A stretch of 32,000 nucleotides of DNA, taken from the NCBI GenBank assembly GCA_963698035.1, contig OY969114.1, positions 720,001 to 752,000 on the forward strand, read 5' to 3'. The translations under genes and the position numbers were made by a program. The notes beneath the pieces are model-generated. The model saw only the letters and a program-made list of their open reading frames with translations. It was not told the origin of the DNA and did no database searches. This DNA is from Candidatus Saccharimonadota bacterium. GTDB lineage: Archaea; Micrarchaeota; Micrarchaeia; Micrarchaeales; Micrarchaeaceae. Numbering within the stretch: the stretch's first letter is position 1; each line of letters starts with the position of its first letter. Shown here piece by piece: positions 25,977-32,000 of this stretch.

Positions 25977-27254
25977 ATGGCTGATTCAATATCATTGATC
26001 AACAACCTTTGGGTGCTGATAGCAGCGCTCCTCGTGTTCATAATGACCATAGCGGTCGGCTTCCTCGAGATGGGCGAGCTCGGCGAGGAATACCGCAAGA
26101 GTCTGCTGAAGTCGGTACTCATAATATGCTCCGCATTGTTCTTCATGGCATTCGTAGGGTTCAACCTTGCATTTGCGCCTACAATAGGGGGCATAATCGG
26201 CAACCCATTATACACCGGGCTTTTCCTTGGAGGATTCAACGGCAATGTTCCGGGACTATTGGCAGGGGTGTGGTGGTCCATGACCTCGCAGTATTTCGGT
26301 TCTGGCCTTGCTTTAGGCAGTTATTTCCTGTTCGAAACGGCGTTTGCCGCGGTCACGCTCGCCCTTGTGGGGGTTGTCGTGCTGAAGAAGATGAGGCTTA
26401 AGGCATTCCTGTTGTATTCGGCAGTGTACTTCATAATAATATGGGCGCTGCCGGCAGCGTGGATATGGAATCCTACAGGCTGGTTGTACATTATGGGCAT
26501 GAGGGACTTTGCCGGCGGCTTGGTCGTCCATGGGGCTGCGGGAGCAGCCGGATTAGGCATAATGTACCAGATATGGAGGGAGGAGAAGAAAAAGCGCTTC
26601 AAGCAGAGCCCACAGGTCCCGATAAAGCTCAATCCAATATGGCTTACCCTTGCCGTGCTGCTGCTCTGGATCGGCTGGTTTGGCTTCAACCCAGGAAGCG
26701 TGCTGGCTTTCAACAACAGTACAATGACGGTAGTACTTACAACCTTCCTTGCTGCGGCGGCAGCCATGTTCTCAACGCTGATTGTCGGGCGCATAAAAGC
26801 AAAGCAATTGCGCCGGCACGAATTACTCCTATGCGTTAATGGCATACTCATGGGCCTAATAGTGATAACACCGCTGGCCGGGTTTGTCAGCCCGCTGAGC
26901 GCCATAATACTCGGCATACTGGCCGGCCCGCTCTTTATATACGCCAACCTCTTCTTCTCCAGGTCCAAATGGTTCACCGATCCGATAGGGCTCCTTCCAG
27001 GGCACCTTGTCGGGGGATTATTCGGGGTGCTGATGATTGCGTTCTTTACCCAAGCGCCTTTCGCCGTGGCATCCGGCAACGGCACACTCCCGAACGGCAT
27101 CCTGTTCGGAGGTGGAACCGTGGCGGTGGGGCAGCTCGGGATTGAGGTGTTCGGGATTGTAGTGGTTATGATAACAGTGTTCTTGCTCTCTTTTGTGACA
27201 TGCGCGGTCATAGCCACAATCATGAAAGGCATAACAACTGATTACAAGCAGTAA
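25977..27254 (+). CDS. amt: Ammonium transporter (Amt family)
   Basis: AVGFLEMG, DFAGGLVVHGAAGAAGL, WFGFNPGS, ~11 TM helices. No glnK follows; the downstream gene is convergent. Confidence 0.95.
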   Translation: MADSISLINNLWVLIAALLVFIMTIAVGFLEMGELGEEYRKSLLKSVLIICSALFFMAFVGFNLAFAPTIGGIIGNPLYTGLFLGGFNGNVPGLLAGVWWSMTSQYFGSGLALGSYFLFETAFAAVTLALVGVVVLKKMRLKAFLLYSAVYFIIIWALPAAWIWNPTGWLYIMGMRDFAGGLVVHGAAGAAGLGIMYQIWREEKKKRFKQSPQVPIKLNPIWLTLAVLLLWIGWFGFNPGSVLAFNNSTMTVVLTTFLAAAAAMFSTLIVGRIKAKQLRRHELLLCVNGILMGLIVITPLAGFVSPLSAIILGILAGPLFIYANLFFSRSKWFTDPIGLLPGHLVGGLFGVLMIAFFTQAPFAVASGNGTLPNGILFGGGTVAVGQLGIEVFGIVVVMITVFLLSFVTCAVIATIMKGITTDYKQ

Positions 27255-27260
27255 AGGACG

Positions 27261-27282
27261 CAACCAAGCCTAGCTAGGGGAT
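27261..27282 (+). repeat. AAGCC unit plus CCTAGCTAGG palindrome
   Basis: CAACCAAGCCTAGCTAGGGGAT, a few nt after the amt stop. Confidence 0.5.
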
Positions 27283-27416
27283 AGAAAAACGCACTAGGAG
27301 TGGGCTAGAACGCCTCTCCACTTCGAAGTGCACAAGAGCTAGAGAGAAGGGAAGCGTGGAGTTACAGAGCATGCTAGATGGCCCTAGCCCACTCTTTAAC
27401 GATCTTCTCCTTTTAA

Positions 27417-27737
27417 TTACCTAAACATATTTGTATCGGCAGTCGTCTTTATCTCTGGTTGCTTGGGCATAGATGGATCAGCTAATTGTTTTTCTAAATT
27501 AACTATATTTTCAGATAAGATTTTGACTAGAGCTTTTGCTGTATTTTTGCTTATTATAAATTCGCCGATAGCTTGATGCTTCATTCCATCCACAAAAATG
27601 AGTTCTATTTGACATTCTTTCTCGATTTTCCCTTTAGCGTCTTTTGCTGCCTTCATCCTAATTGCTAAAGCAACGTCATCAGCAAAAATTGGCTTGGTGT
27701 CAAAGAAGTTTATGCTTTGTTTTTGTTCATCTACCAT
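27417..27737 (-). CDS. Hypothetical protein (DUF3467-like pattern)
   Basis: SINFFDTKPIFADDVALAI...IGEFIISKNTAKALVKILSENIVNLEKQL loosely follows the DUF3467 pattern as I recall it. Unverified. Confidence 0.45.
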   Translation of the reverse strand: MVDEQKQSINFFDTKPIFADDVALAIRMKAAKDAKGKIEKECQIELIFVDGMKHQAIGEFIISKNTAKALVKILSENIVNLEKQLADPSMPKQPEIKTTADTNMFR

Positions 27738-27800
27738 AAAATCATCGTAATATATTCATTGGTAAAGTAATAAAAGCGTTGATAAAATGGGCTTAATTAT

Positions 27801-27860
27801 CAAAGCCACGCCCTAAGCCAAGCTCCAGCCTAGGAAAGGAGGGGGAGTGGAGAGGGCTCT
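27801..27860 (+). repeat. AAGCC-type array plus purine/G box
   Basis: CAAAGCCACGCCCTAAGCCAAGCTCCAGCCTAGGAAAGGAGGGGGAGTGGAGAGGGCTCT, then the promoter. Confidence 0.65.
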
Positions 27861-27883
27861 CAGAAAGCATATAAGGATTAAGG
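27861..27883 (+). promoter_or_regulatory. BRE/TATA CAGAAAGCATATAAGGATTAAGG
   Basis: ~30 nt upstream of ATG 27898. It resembles the SET-gene promoter AAGCATTATAAGGATT at 30229-30244. Confidence 0.55.
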
Positions 27884-27897
27884 GTTCAATTTGATGT

Positions 27898-28152
27898 ATG
27901 TATTATGTTGAAATACTTGGTTTGATTGCAGGCTTCTTCACCACAATGGCATATGCCCCACAAGCGATAAAGGCGCTCAAGACAAAGTCCACGAAGGATC
28001 TCTCAATCTTATGGCTTTCGATTGCAGGACTTGGAACCGCATTATGGATTTTCTATGGATTCTTCATAAGTTCCATTCCCATAATACTGTGGAACGTCGG
28101 GTCAGATGTGCTAATCGTGATACTCATAATGCTGAAGCTCAAATACGGCTAA
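27898..28152 (+). CDS. SemiSWEET / PQ-loop 3-TM transporter
   Basis: 84 aa, 3 TM, PQ motif (MAYAPQAIKALKTKSTKDLS), typical SemiSWEET size. Confidence 0.75.
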   Translation: MYYVEILGLIAGFFTTMAYAPQAIKALKTKSTKDLSILWLSIAGLGTALWIFYGFFISSIPIILWNVGSDVLIVILIMLKLKYG

Positions 28153-28180
28153 TAGCCTAAGCCCTAGCCCAAGCCCCAAA
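28152..28180 (+). repeat. AAGCC-type array, cleanest copy (period 6, four units)
   Basis: ATAGCCTAAGCCCTAGCCCAAGCCCCAAA, reading as AGCCTA AGCCCT AGCCCA AGCCCC. It starts at the SemiSWEET stop codon. Confidence 0.7.
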
Positions 28181-28319
28181 ACTTCATATCCTATACCCTA
28201 AGGGTCTACGCGGAGAGTTTTTCCCCCAAAATGTCAGCTCATGACTTTTTTCATAAGTTTTACGTGCTATCGGCTGAAGCATCCATTGGTTTTATAATAG
28301 TTAAATCAGCAGTTTTTCC

Positions 28320-29051
28320 ATGAAATTATCCTTTGACCCGATTATAAAAGATGTTTTCTTCTCGATGATGCTTGTTAGAGAGATACTGCTAGGACTTGCT
28401 AGTCCGAAATACGGAACTCTTGGACTGTATTATTTTGTAAAATTGAGGAAGGATGTTTCATACATAAGAAATGAACTAAAGAAGAACTTTTCAACAACAG
28501 ATATACTCAGGCGCTCGCACGGTGCAGGTGCGCAGTACAAGGAAATTCTGCTCTACCTTCTAGTAAGGAAGCTCAGGCCTAGGCTCGCAATTGAAACGGG
28601 AGTTGGCCAAGGGGTCTCAACATACTTCATCCTGAGGGCAATGAGGGACAACGGGTTTGGGAAGCTGATTAGCATAGACCTTCCAAATAGGAACAGTAGA
28701 GGTCGCATGAATGTGGATGGTATGATGGAAACCACATACATACCAAAGAACCTAACCCCGGGCTGGCTTGTTCCAAGAAAGTGGCGGAAGAACTGGAGAC
28801 TAATTCTTGGGGACTCGAAGAACGTCTTGCCGAACCTAAACTGTGCCCCTAATCTATTCTTTCACGACTCCGAGCACTCATATGAGACTATGAAGTTTGA
28901 GTATGGGTGGGCTCTCGACCACATGAAAAAGGGGATTATAGCATCCGATGACGTTGGATGGTCCAGGGCATGGAAGGAATTTCTCAGCAAATACAGAAGC
29001 AAAGTGAGGAAGCTCCGCTTTCCTATAATAGGAGTCTCGTTGCTGCGCTGA
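28320..29051 (+). CDS. Class I SAM-dependent methyltransferase (Methyltransf_24-like)
   Basis: LAIETGVGQGVSTYFIL (motif I) and FFHDSEHSYE. Confidence 0.75.
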   Translation: MKLSFDPIIKDVFFSMMLVREILLGLASPKYGTLGLYYFVKLRKDVSYIRNELKKNFSTTDILRRSHGAGAQYKEILLYLLVRKLRPRLAIETGVGQGVSTYFILRAMRDNGFGKLISIDLPNRNSRGRMNVDGMMETTYIPKNLTPGWLVPRKWRKNWRLILGDSKNVLPNLNCAPNLFFHDSEHSYETMKFEYGWALDHMKKGIIASDDVGWSRAWKEFLSKYRSKVRKLRFPIIGVSLLR

Positions 29052-29140
29052 GCACTCAAAACCCATCAGCCATCCTGAACCTGAGACTCAGAGGCCAGTG
29101 TCAAAGCCAAAGAGAAGCTAAGAGTGGGCTGGAAGGGCTC

Positions 29141-29166
29141 TAGAAATATATAAATATCTGAACGAG
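29141..29166 (+). promoter_or_regulatory. Conserved BRE/TATA TAGAAATATATAAATATCTGAACGAG
   Basis: Exact 9-mer ATAAATATC. ~60 nt upstream of ATG 29211, so this gene would have a longer leader. Confidence 0.5.
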
Positions 29167-29210
29167 CGAGATAAAAACAGAGCAATACGATATTTAAAAA
29201 CGGTGGAAAA

Positions 29211-30203
29211 ATGGTAACAATAGAAGGAAGCAAAACGTTTTACGCGCGTTCGCCACAGAGGATCAGCATAAGCGGCGGCGGGACCGATCTTTACGGATAC
29301 GCAAGGTTCTACGGAGGAAATGTTGTGAACATTGCCGTGGACACTTATGCCAGAGTTATGGTCGAGAGAAATCCCAACCCAGGCGAAGTAAAGGCGATCT
29401 ATGATAAGACCGAGAGAGTGTCAAAAGCCAAAATGCTTAGGCACGGGCCCACTGCCGAGGTGCTTCAGATGGCCGGAATAGAGTCAGGCGTTATAGTCAG
29501 ATACATTGACAGCATTTCAACAGATTCCGGGATCGGCCTCAGAGGAGCGACCCACGTTTCCGCGCTTCATGCAGCATACGCTTACGCTGGCAGAAGCATA
29601 GAGAAGGAGGAGCTTGCCCAAAAGGCAGTTGATGTCTCTAGAGTTGTAGATTTGGCGGGCGGGACCCAGGACGAGTACGCGGCCACATTTGGAGGGATAA
29701 ATCACTGGAAGTCGGTGGGGGATGGGCGAGTGCTTAGAAATCCGATCAACCTGACGGGCACAGCCCTCAAAGCCTTCATGGAATGCACAACAGTGTTCTA
29801 TACTGGCACATTCGGCGATTATTCCATACTAACCGCAGAGATGGCAAGGCTGGAAAAGCACATAGACGACTTCCACAAGCTCTCGAGCCTTGCAAGACAA
29901 ACGCCAGAGCCCCTTCTAAAGGGTGACATGGAAGTAGTTGGAGGGATATTGGCGGAGGACTGGGAGATAAAGCAGTCGCTGGATCCCAGTGTTGCTACGG
30001 CGAAGATGAAGCACGTTGACGGGCTTTTAAGGAAGGAGGGCGCGTGGGGCATGAAGGTCATGGGCCCCGGCAGCGGGGGTACAATAATAGTGATGGCGCC
30101 AGAGGAATTGCGTGAAAAGATAATATCTCTGATGGGTTCCGAAGGGCTGGCGCGCTACAACTTCAAGATTGACAACGAGGGCAGCAAGGTTTGGAGCCTG
30201 TAG
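29211..30203 (+). CDS. GHMP-family sugar kinase (COG2605-like)
   Basis: RISISGGGTDL (motif 1) and KVMGPGSGGTIIVMAP (motif 3). Motif 2 is atypical: DSGIGLRGATHVSA instead of a GLGSSS-type loop. Confidence 0.8.
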   Translation: MVTIEGSKTFYARSPQRISISGGGTDLYGYARFYGGNVVNIAVDTYARVMVERNPNPGEVKAIYDKTERVSKAKMLRHGPTAEVLQMAGIESGVIVRYIDSISTDSGIGLRGATHVSALHAAYAYAGRSIEKEELAQKAVDVSRVVDLAGGTQDEYAATFGGINHWKSVGDGRVLRNPINLTGTALKAFMECTTVFYTGTFGDYSILTAEMARLEKHIDDFHKLSSLARQTPEPLLKGDMEVVGGILAEDWEIKQSLDPSVATAKMKHVDGLLRKEGAWGMKVMGPGSGGTIIVMAPEELREKIISLMGSEGLARYNFKIDNEGSKVWSL

Positions 30204-30205
30204 GG

Positions 30206-30241
30206 TTTGCCCGAGCTCCAAGCCTGATAAGCATTATAAGG
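30206..30241 (+). repeat. AAGCC-type array merging into the SET promoter
   Basis: TTTGCCCGAGCTCCAAGCCTGATAAGCATTATAAGG. Confidence 0.5.
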
Positions 30242-30262
30242 ATTGATTGCTTACGTGTAATC
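30227..30262 (+). promoter_or_regulatory. SET-gene promoter
   Basis: GATAAGCATTATAAGGATTGATTGCTTACGTGTAATC. The TATA is ~31 nt upstream of ATG 30263 and follows an AAGCC-type array. Confidence 0.5.
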
Positions 30263-30841
30263 ATGATCGCTGATTTGTTCGATATAAAAGAAACCGGCAG
30301 ATACGGGAAGGGCATATTTGCAAGGAAGTTTATCCCCAAAGGCACCATTGTTCACTTTTTATGCAGAAAATGCGGGACTTGGTCAAAAAAAGAACTGGCC
30401 AGATTGCCCAAAGATAAATTAGATTTTGTTATGGAACACGAGTATCCTATGAAATATTGTGATGAAAGGCTTTTGTATATCAACCATTCCTGCAATCCGA
30501 ATATCATGGAGTCTGGCAGGGGGTTTGATATAGTTGTAAAAGAAATTAAAGAGGGAGAAGAGGCAACGGAAGATTATAGGATATTCAAGGAAGAACTTCA
30601 TTTTGCAGATGGTTGCAAGTGCGGAGAGCCGAATTGCATGAAAAGAACAACATATACACGCCCACCCCCGCAGAAACTACAAAGATTTTGGGATAAGAAA
30701 ATAGAAGGCGCGTTGCGATTAATCAACTCAGTAAATCAGCCTTTAAAAATCCAATTAGTGAAGGAACATCCGGATTTAAGCCATTTTTTCAATAAGAACG
30801 GAAAGCAACCAAAGCTCTTGAATACTGTTAGGGTGCCATGA
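30263..30841 (+). CDS. SET-domain protein (putative lysine methyltransferase)
   Basis: GRYGKGIFARKFIPKGTIV, YINHSCNPN, EEATEDY, and a post-SET-like CKCGEPNC. Start set to MIADLF (ATG 30263). Confidence 0.85.
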   Translation: MIADLFDIKETGRYGKGIFARKFIPKGTIVHFLCRKCGTWSKKELARLPKDKLDFVMEHEYPMKYCDERLLYINHSCNPNIMESGRGFDIVVKEIKEGEEATEDYRIFKEELHFADGCKCGEPNCMKRTTYTRPPPQKLQRFWDKKIEGALRLINSVNQPLKIQLVKEHPDLSHFFNKNGKQPKLLNTVRVP

Positions 30842-31008
30842 TGCATATTTTAAAGCGTCATGATCCTTCTCAAAAGGATATAAACAGGCATCTGGAGGAT
30901 CTTGGCATTAGGCCGCCACCACTAGTGAGAAAAGAGGAGGAGAAGAAGACACAGCCTCCGCCAACAGCACGGTCACTCACCCAACGCATATTCCGCTATA
31001 CGAGATAA
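30838..31008 (+). CDS. Unannotated 56-aa basic/proline-rich ORF, ATGA-overlapped with the SET gene
   Basis: ATG 30838-30840 overlaps the SET stop TGA 30839-30841. It translates as MMHILKRHDPSQKDINRHLEDLGIRPPPLVRKEEEKKTQPPPTARSLTQRIFRYTR, with TAA at 31006-31008. It falls below the ORF-track length cut-off. Confidence 0.35.
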   Translation: MMHILKRHDPSQKDINRHLEDLGIRPPPLVRKEEEKKTQPPPTARSLTQRIFRYTR

Positions 31009-31116
31009 GCCCCCAACTTAATCATTAAATCACAGTGTGAAAAGAGAAGGTATTATAGAATTAGACGTGGAAGGGTTGTAAATCATTGATGGATAGACGC
31101 TAAAAAAGATGATAAA

Positions 31117-31410
31117 ATGGCAAGGAAAACAAGAAGAAGTTTTTGGGAACATTTCTCACTACCTCGAATTGTAGGAGCAGTATTTGTACTATTCTCAGTA
31201 AATGGGATAATACGAACAGAAACTACCGACTTTATATTACACAGATTAGTTACATCAAGTACATATGCGCATACAATTATTTTACACCTTCTTATATCGG
31301 GTTCTGGGGTGTTGGCACTTCTCTCCAACGTCATAATATTGATAATCGGAATAGTGTTGATAGTATTTGATATGAAATTATTCATACCACATACAAGAAG
31401 AGTAAGTTGA
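31117..31410 (+). CDS. Small membrane protein (2 TM), unknown
   Basis: Basic N-terminus followed by two hydrophobic helices. AT-rich region. The antisense 100-aa ORF is less protein-like. Confidence 0.35.
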   Translation: MARKTRRSFWEHFSLPRIVGAVFVLFSVNGIIRTETTDFILHRLVTSSTYAHTIILHLLISGSGVLALLSNVIILIIGIVLIVFDMKLFIPHTRRVS

Positions 31411-31414
31411 TTGG

Positions 31415-31609
31415 GTGAAACTGCAAGAATTTATCAGCGCTTGCAATAGATTTAAAGGTAAGACGATTACACTTAAAAATGGGATCAAACTCCATATGGA
31501 GGAAATACCCGAGATAGAGAATAATAGATTTCCTCTCAACTATCCACACATGGGAAGGAAGAAATGGATAAACATTAAGAATGTTGTTGCAGTTGAAGAA
31601 TGGAAGTGA
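31415..31609 (+). CDS. Small hypothetical protein (GTG start)
   Basis: 64-aa ORF starting 4 nt after the previous stop. No motif. Confidence 0.25.
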   Translation: MKLQEFISACNRFKGKTITLKNGIKLHMEEIPEIENNRFPLNYPHMGRKKWINIKNVVAVEEWK

Positions 31610-31612
31610 CGT

Positions 31613-31660
31613 CCAAATCCCTAGCCCGAGAAGGAAGGAGCGCTCGAGAGACCTCAAGAA
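31613..31660 (+). repeat. AAGCC-type unit plus purine box
   Basis: CCAAATCCCTAGCCCGAGAAGGAAGGAGCGCTCGAGAGACCTCAAGAA, then the promoter cassette. Confidence 0.55.
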
Positions 31661-31701
31661 AAGTATAAATATCATAATAAAGTGAGCATTGCTGTGAGAA
31701 A
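31658..31701 (+). promoter_or_regulatory. Conserved promoter/5' cassette
   Basis: GAAAAGTATAAATATCATAATAAAGTGAGCATTGCTGTGAGAAA precedes ATG 31702. Confidence 0.65.
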
Positions 31702-32000
31702 ATGGTACGATATAATCAGAGAGCAAAACCAGCGGAAGATCTTGCAAGAGAGGTTACGGGTGCTCTGGGACATGATCCAATTTCATTACTGCGTATAGAA
31801 TCTTATCCAGTCAGAATACGCAACGGGATAGAAATCATGATAGAACCGCCTTTTGAAACACAAGGCAATGTAAGGGACACGGTTCGAAACGCGATGAAAA
31901 TGGTTGAAGAAGCTATTCGTGTTACAAACGAGGAGTTTAAATCTGGCCCGAAGGTAAAACTAGCGCGTGTAGAATTTCAAGTGGGTAGAGAGTACGATTC
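31702..32000 (+). CDS. Hypothetical protein, 5' part (runs off the window)
   Basis: ATG 31702 is open to the window end: MVRYNQRAKPAEDLAREVTGALGHDPISLLRIESYPVRIRNGIEIMIEPPFETQG... Absent from the ORF track because it has no stop. Cassette promoter and GTGA-N4-ATG. Confidence 0.5.
   Translation, partial: MVRYNQRAKPAEDLAREVTGALGHDPISLLRIESYPVRIRNGIEIMIEPPFETQGNVRDTVRNAMKMVEEAIRVTNEEFKSGPKVKLARVEFQVGREYD

Noticed and set aside
26321-27232. 303-aa ORF on the minus strand, plus the 26009-26401 and 26441-26839 plus-strand ORFs
   Set aside because: All lie inside or antisense to the confidently identified amt gene. They are GC-rich shadow frames with no motifs.
28152-28180. AAGCC arrays as a CRISPR or minisatellite
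   Set aside because: The units are 5-7 nt with no spacers, the arrays are under 40 nt, and no cas genes are present. They are kept as a dispersed short-repeat family, not a CRISPR.
29211-30203. GHMP kinase as an inactive pseudo-enzyme
   Set aside because: Motif 2 is atypical (GIGLRGAT instead of GLGSSS), but motifs 1 and 3 are intact and the ORF is full length. There is not enough evidence to call it inactive, so it is noted only in the feature evidence.
31382-31747. 121-aa minus-strand ORF (also 31083-31385 minus)
   Set aside because: It crosses the AAGCC/purine box and cassette promoter at 31613-31701 and the start of the 31702 gene. The region is AT-rich, so long spurious frames are expected.
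1-32000. tRNA, rRNA, transposase/integrase, toxin-antitoxin or known defence-system genes
   Set aside because: I scanned the intergenic spacers by eye for T-loop-like GGTTCGAATC-type motifs and cloverleaf-sized gaps and found none. No ORF shows transposase, integrase, Cas, restriction or abortive-infection motifs. tRNAscan-SE, Infernal and a defence-system HMM scan would be the decisive checks.

Overview
The window looks like a gene-dense archaeal chromosome segment, about 47 protein genes with no rRNA, tRNA, CRISPR or transposase. Evidence for an archaeal host: BRE/TATA boxes 25-40 nt upstream of start codons, very short leaders, surface proteins dense in N-glycosylation sequons, and COG2521/COG2403-type genes. 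The lineage cannot be named from sequence alone. Confident calls: bacterial/eukaryal-type metK, guaB (with CBS pair), amt, a pmbA-tldD pair, alaX-type editing protein, ZIP transporter, class-II glutamine amidotransferase, CDGSH protein, thioredoxin-CcdA fusion, VOC/glyoxalase, cupin, three class-I methyltransferases, GHMP kinase, SemiSWEET, EEP nuclease/phosphatase, SET-domain protein and a ParB/Srx-like protein. The most unusual signal is non-coding. A modular intergenic element recurs at 17 loci and has three parts: degenerate AAGCCN tandem repeats, often starting at the upstream stop codon; a GGAGAG-type purine box; and a near-invariant promoter, AAAGCATAAATATC. All copies have the same strand polarity, and the promoter part sits in front of unrelated lineage-specific ORFs. 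Other points: tldD is broken by a 1-nt frameshift in a C6/G6 run; the SET gene overlaps an unannotated 56-aa basic ORF by ATGA; a candidate histone-fold protein carries charged tails; there is a tandem BofA-like pair; and GC content is strongly mosaic. No recognisable defence or mobile system was found.
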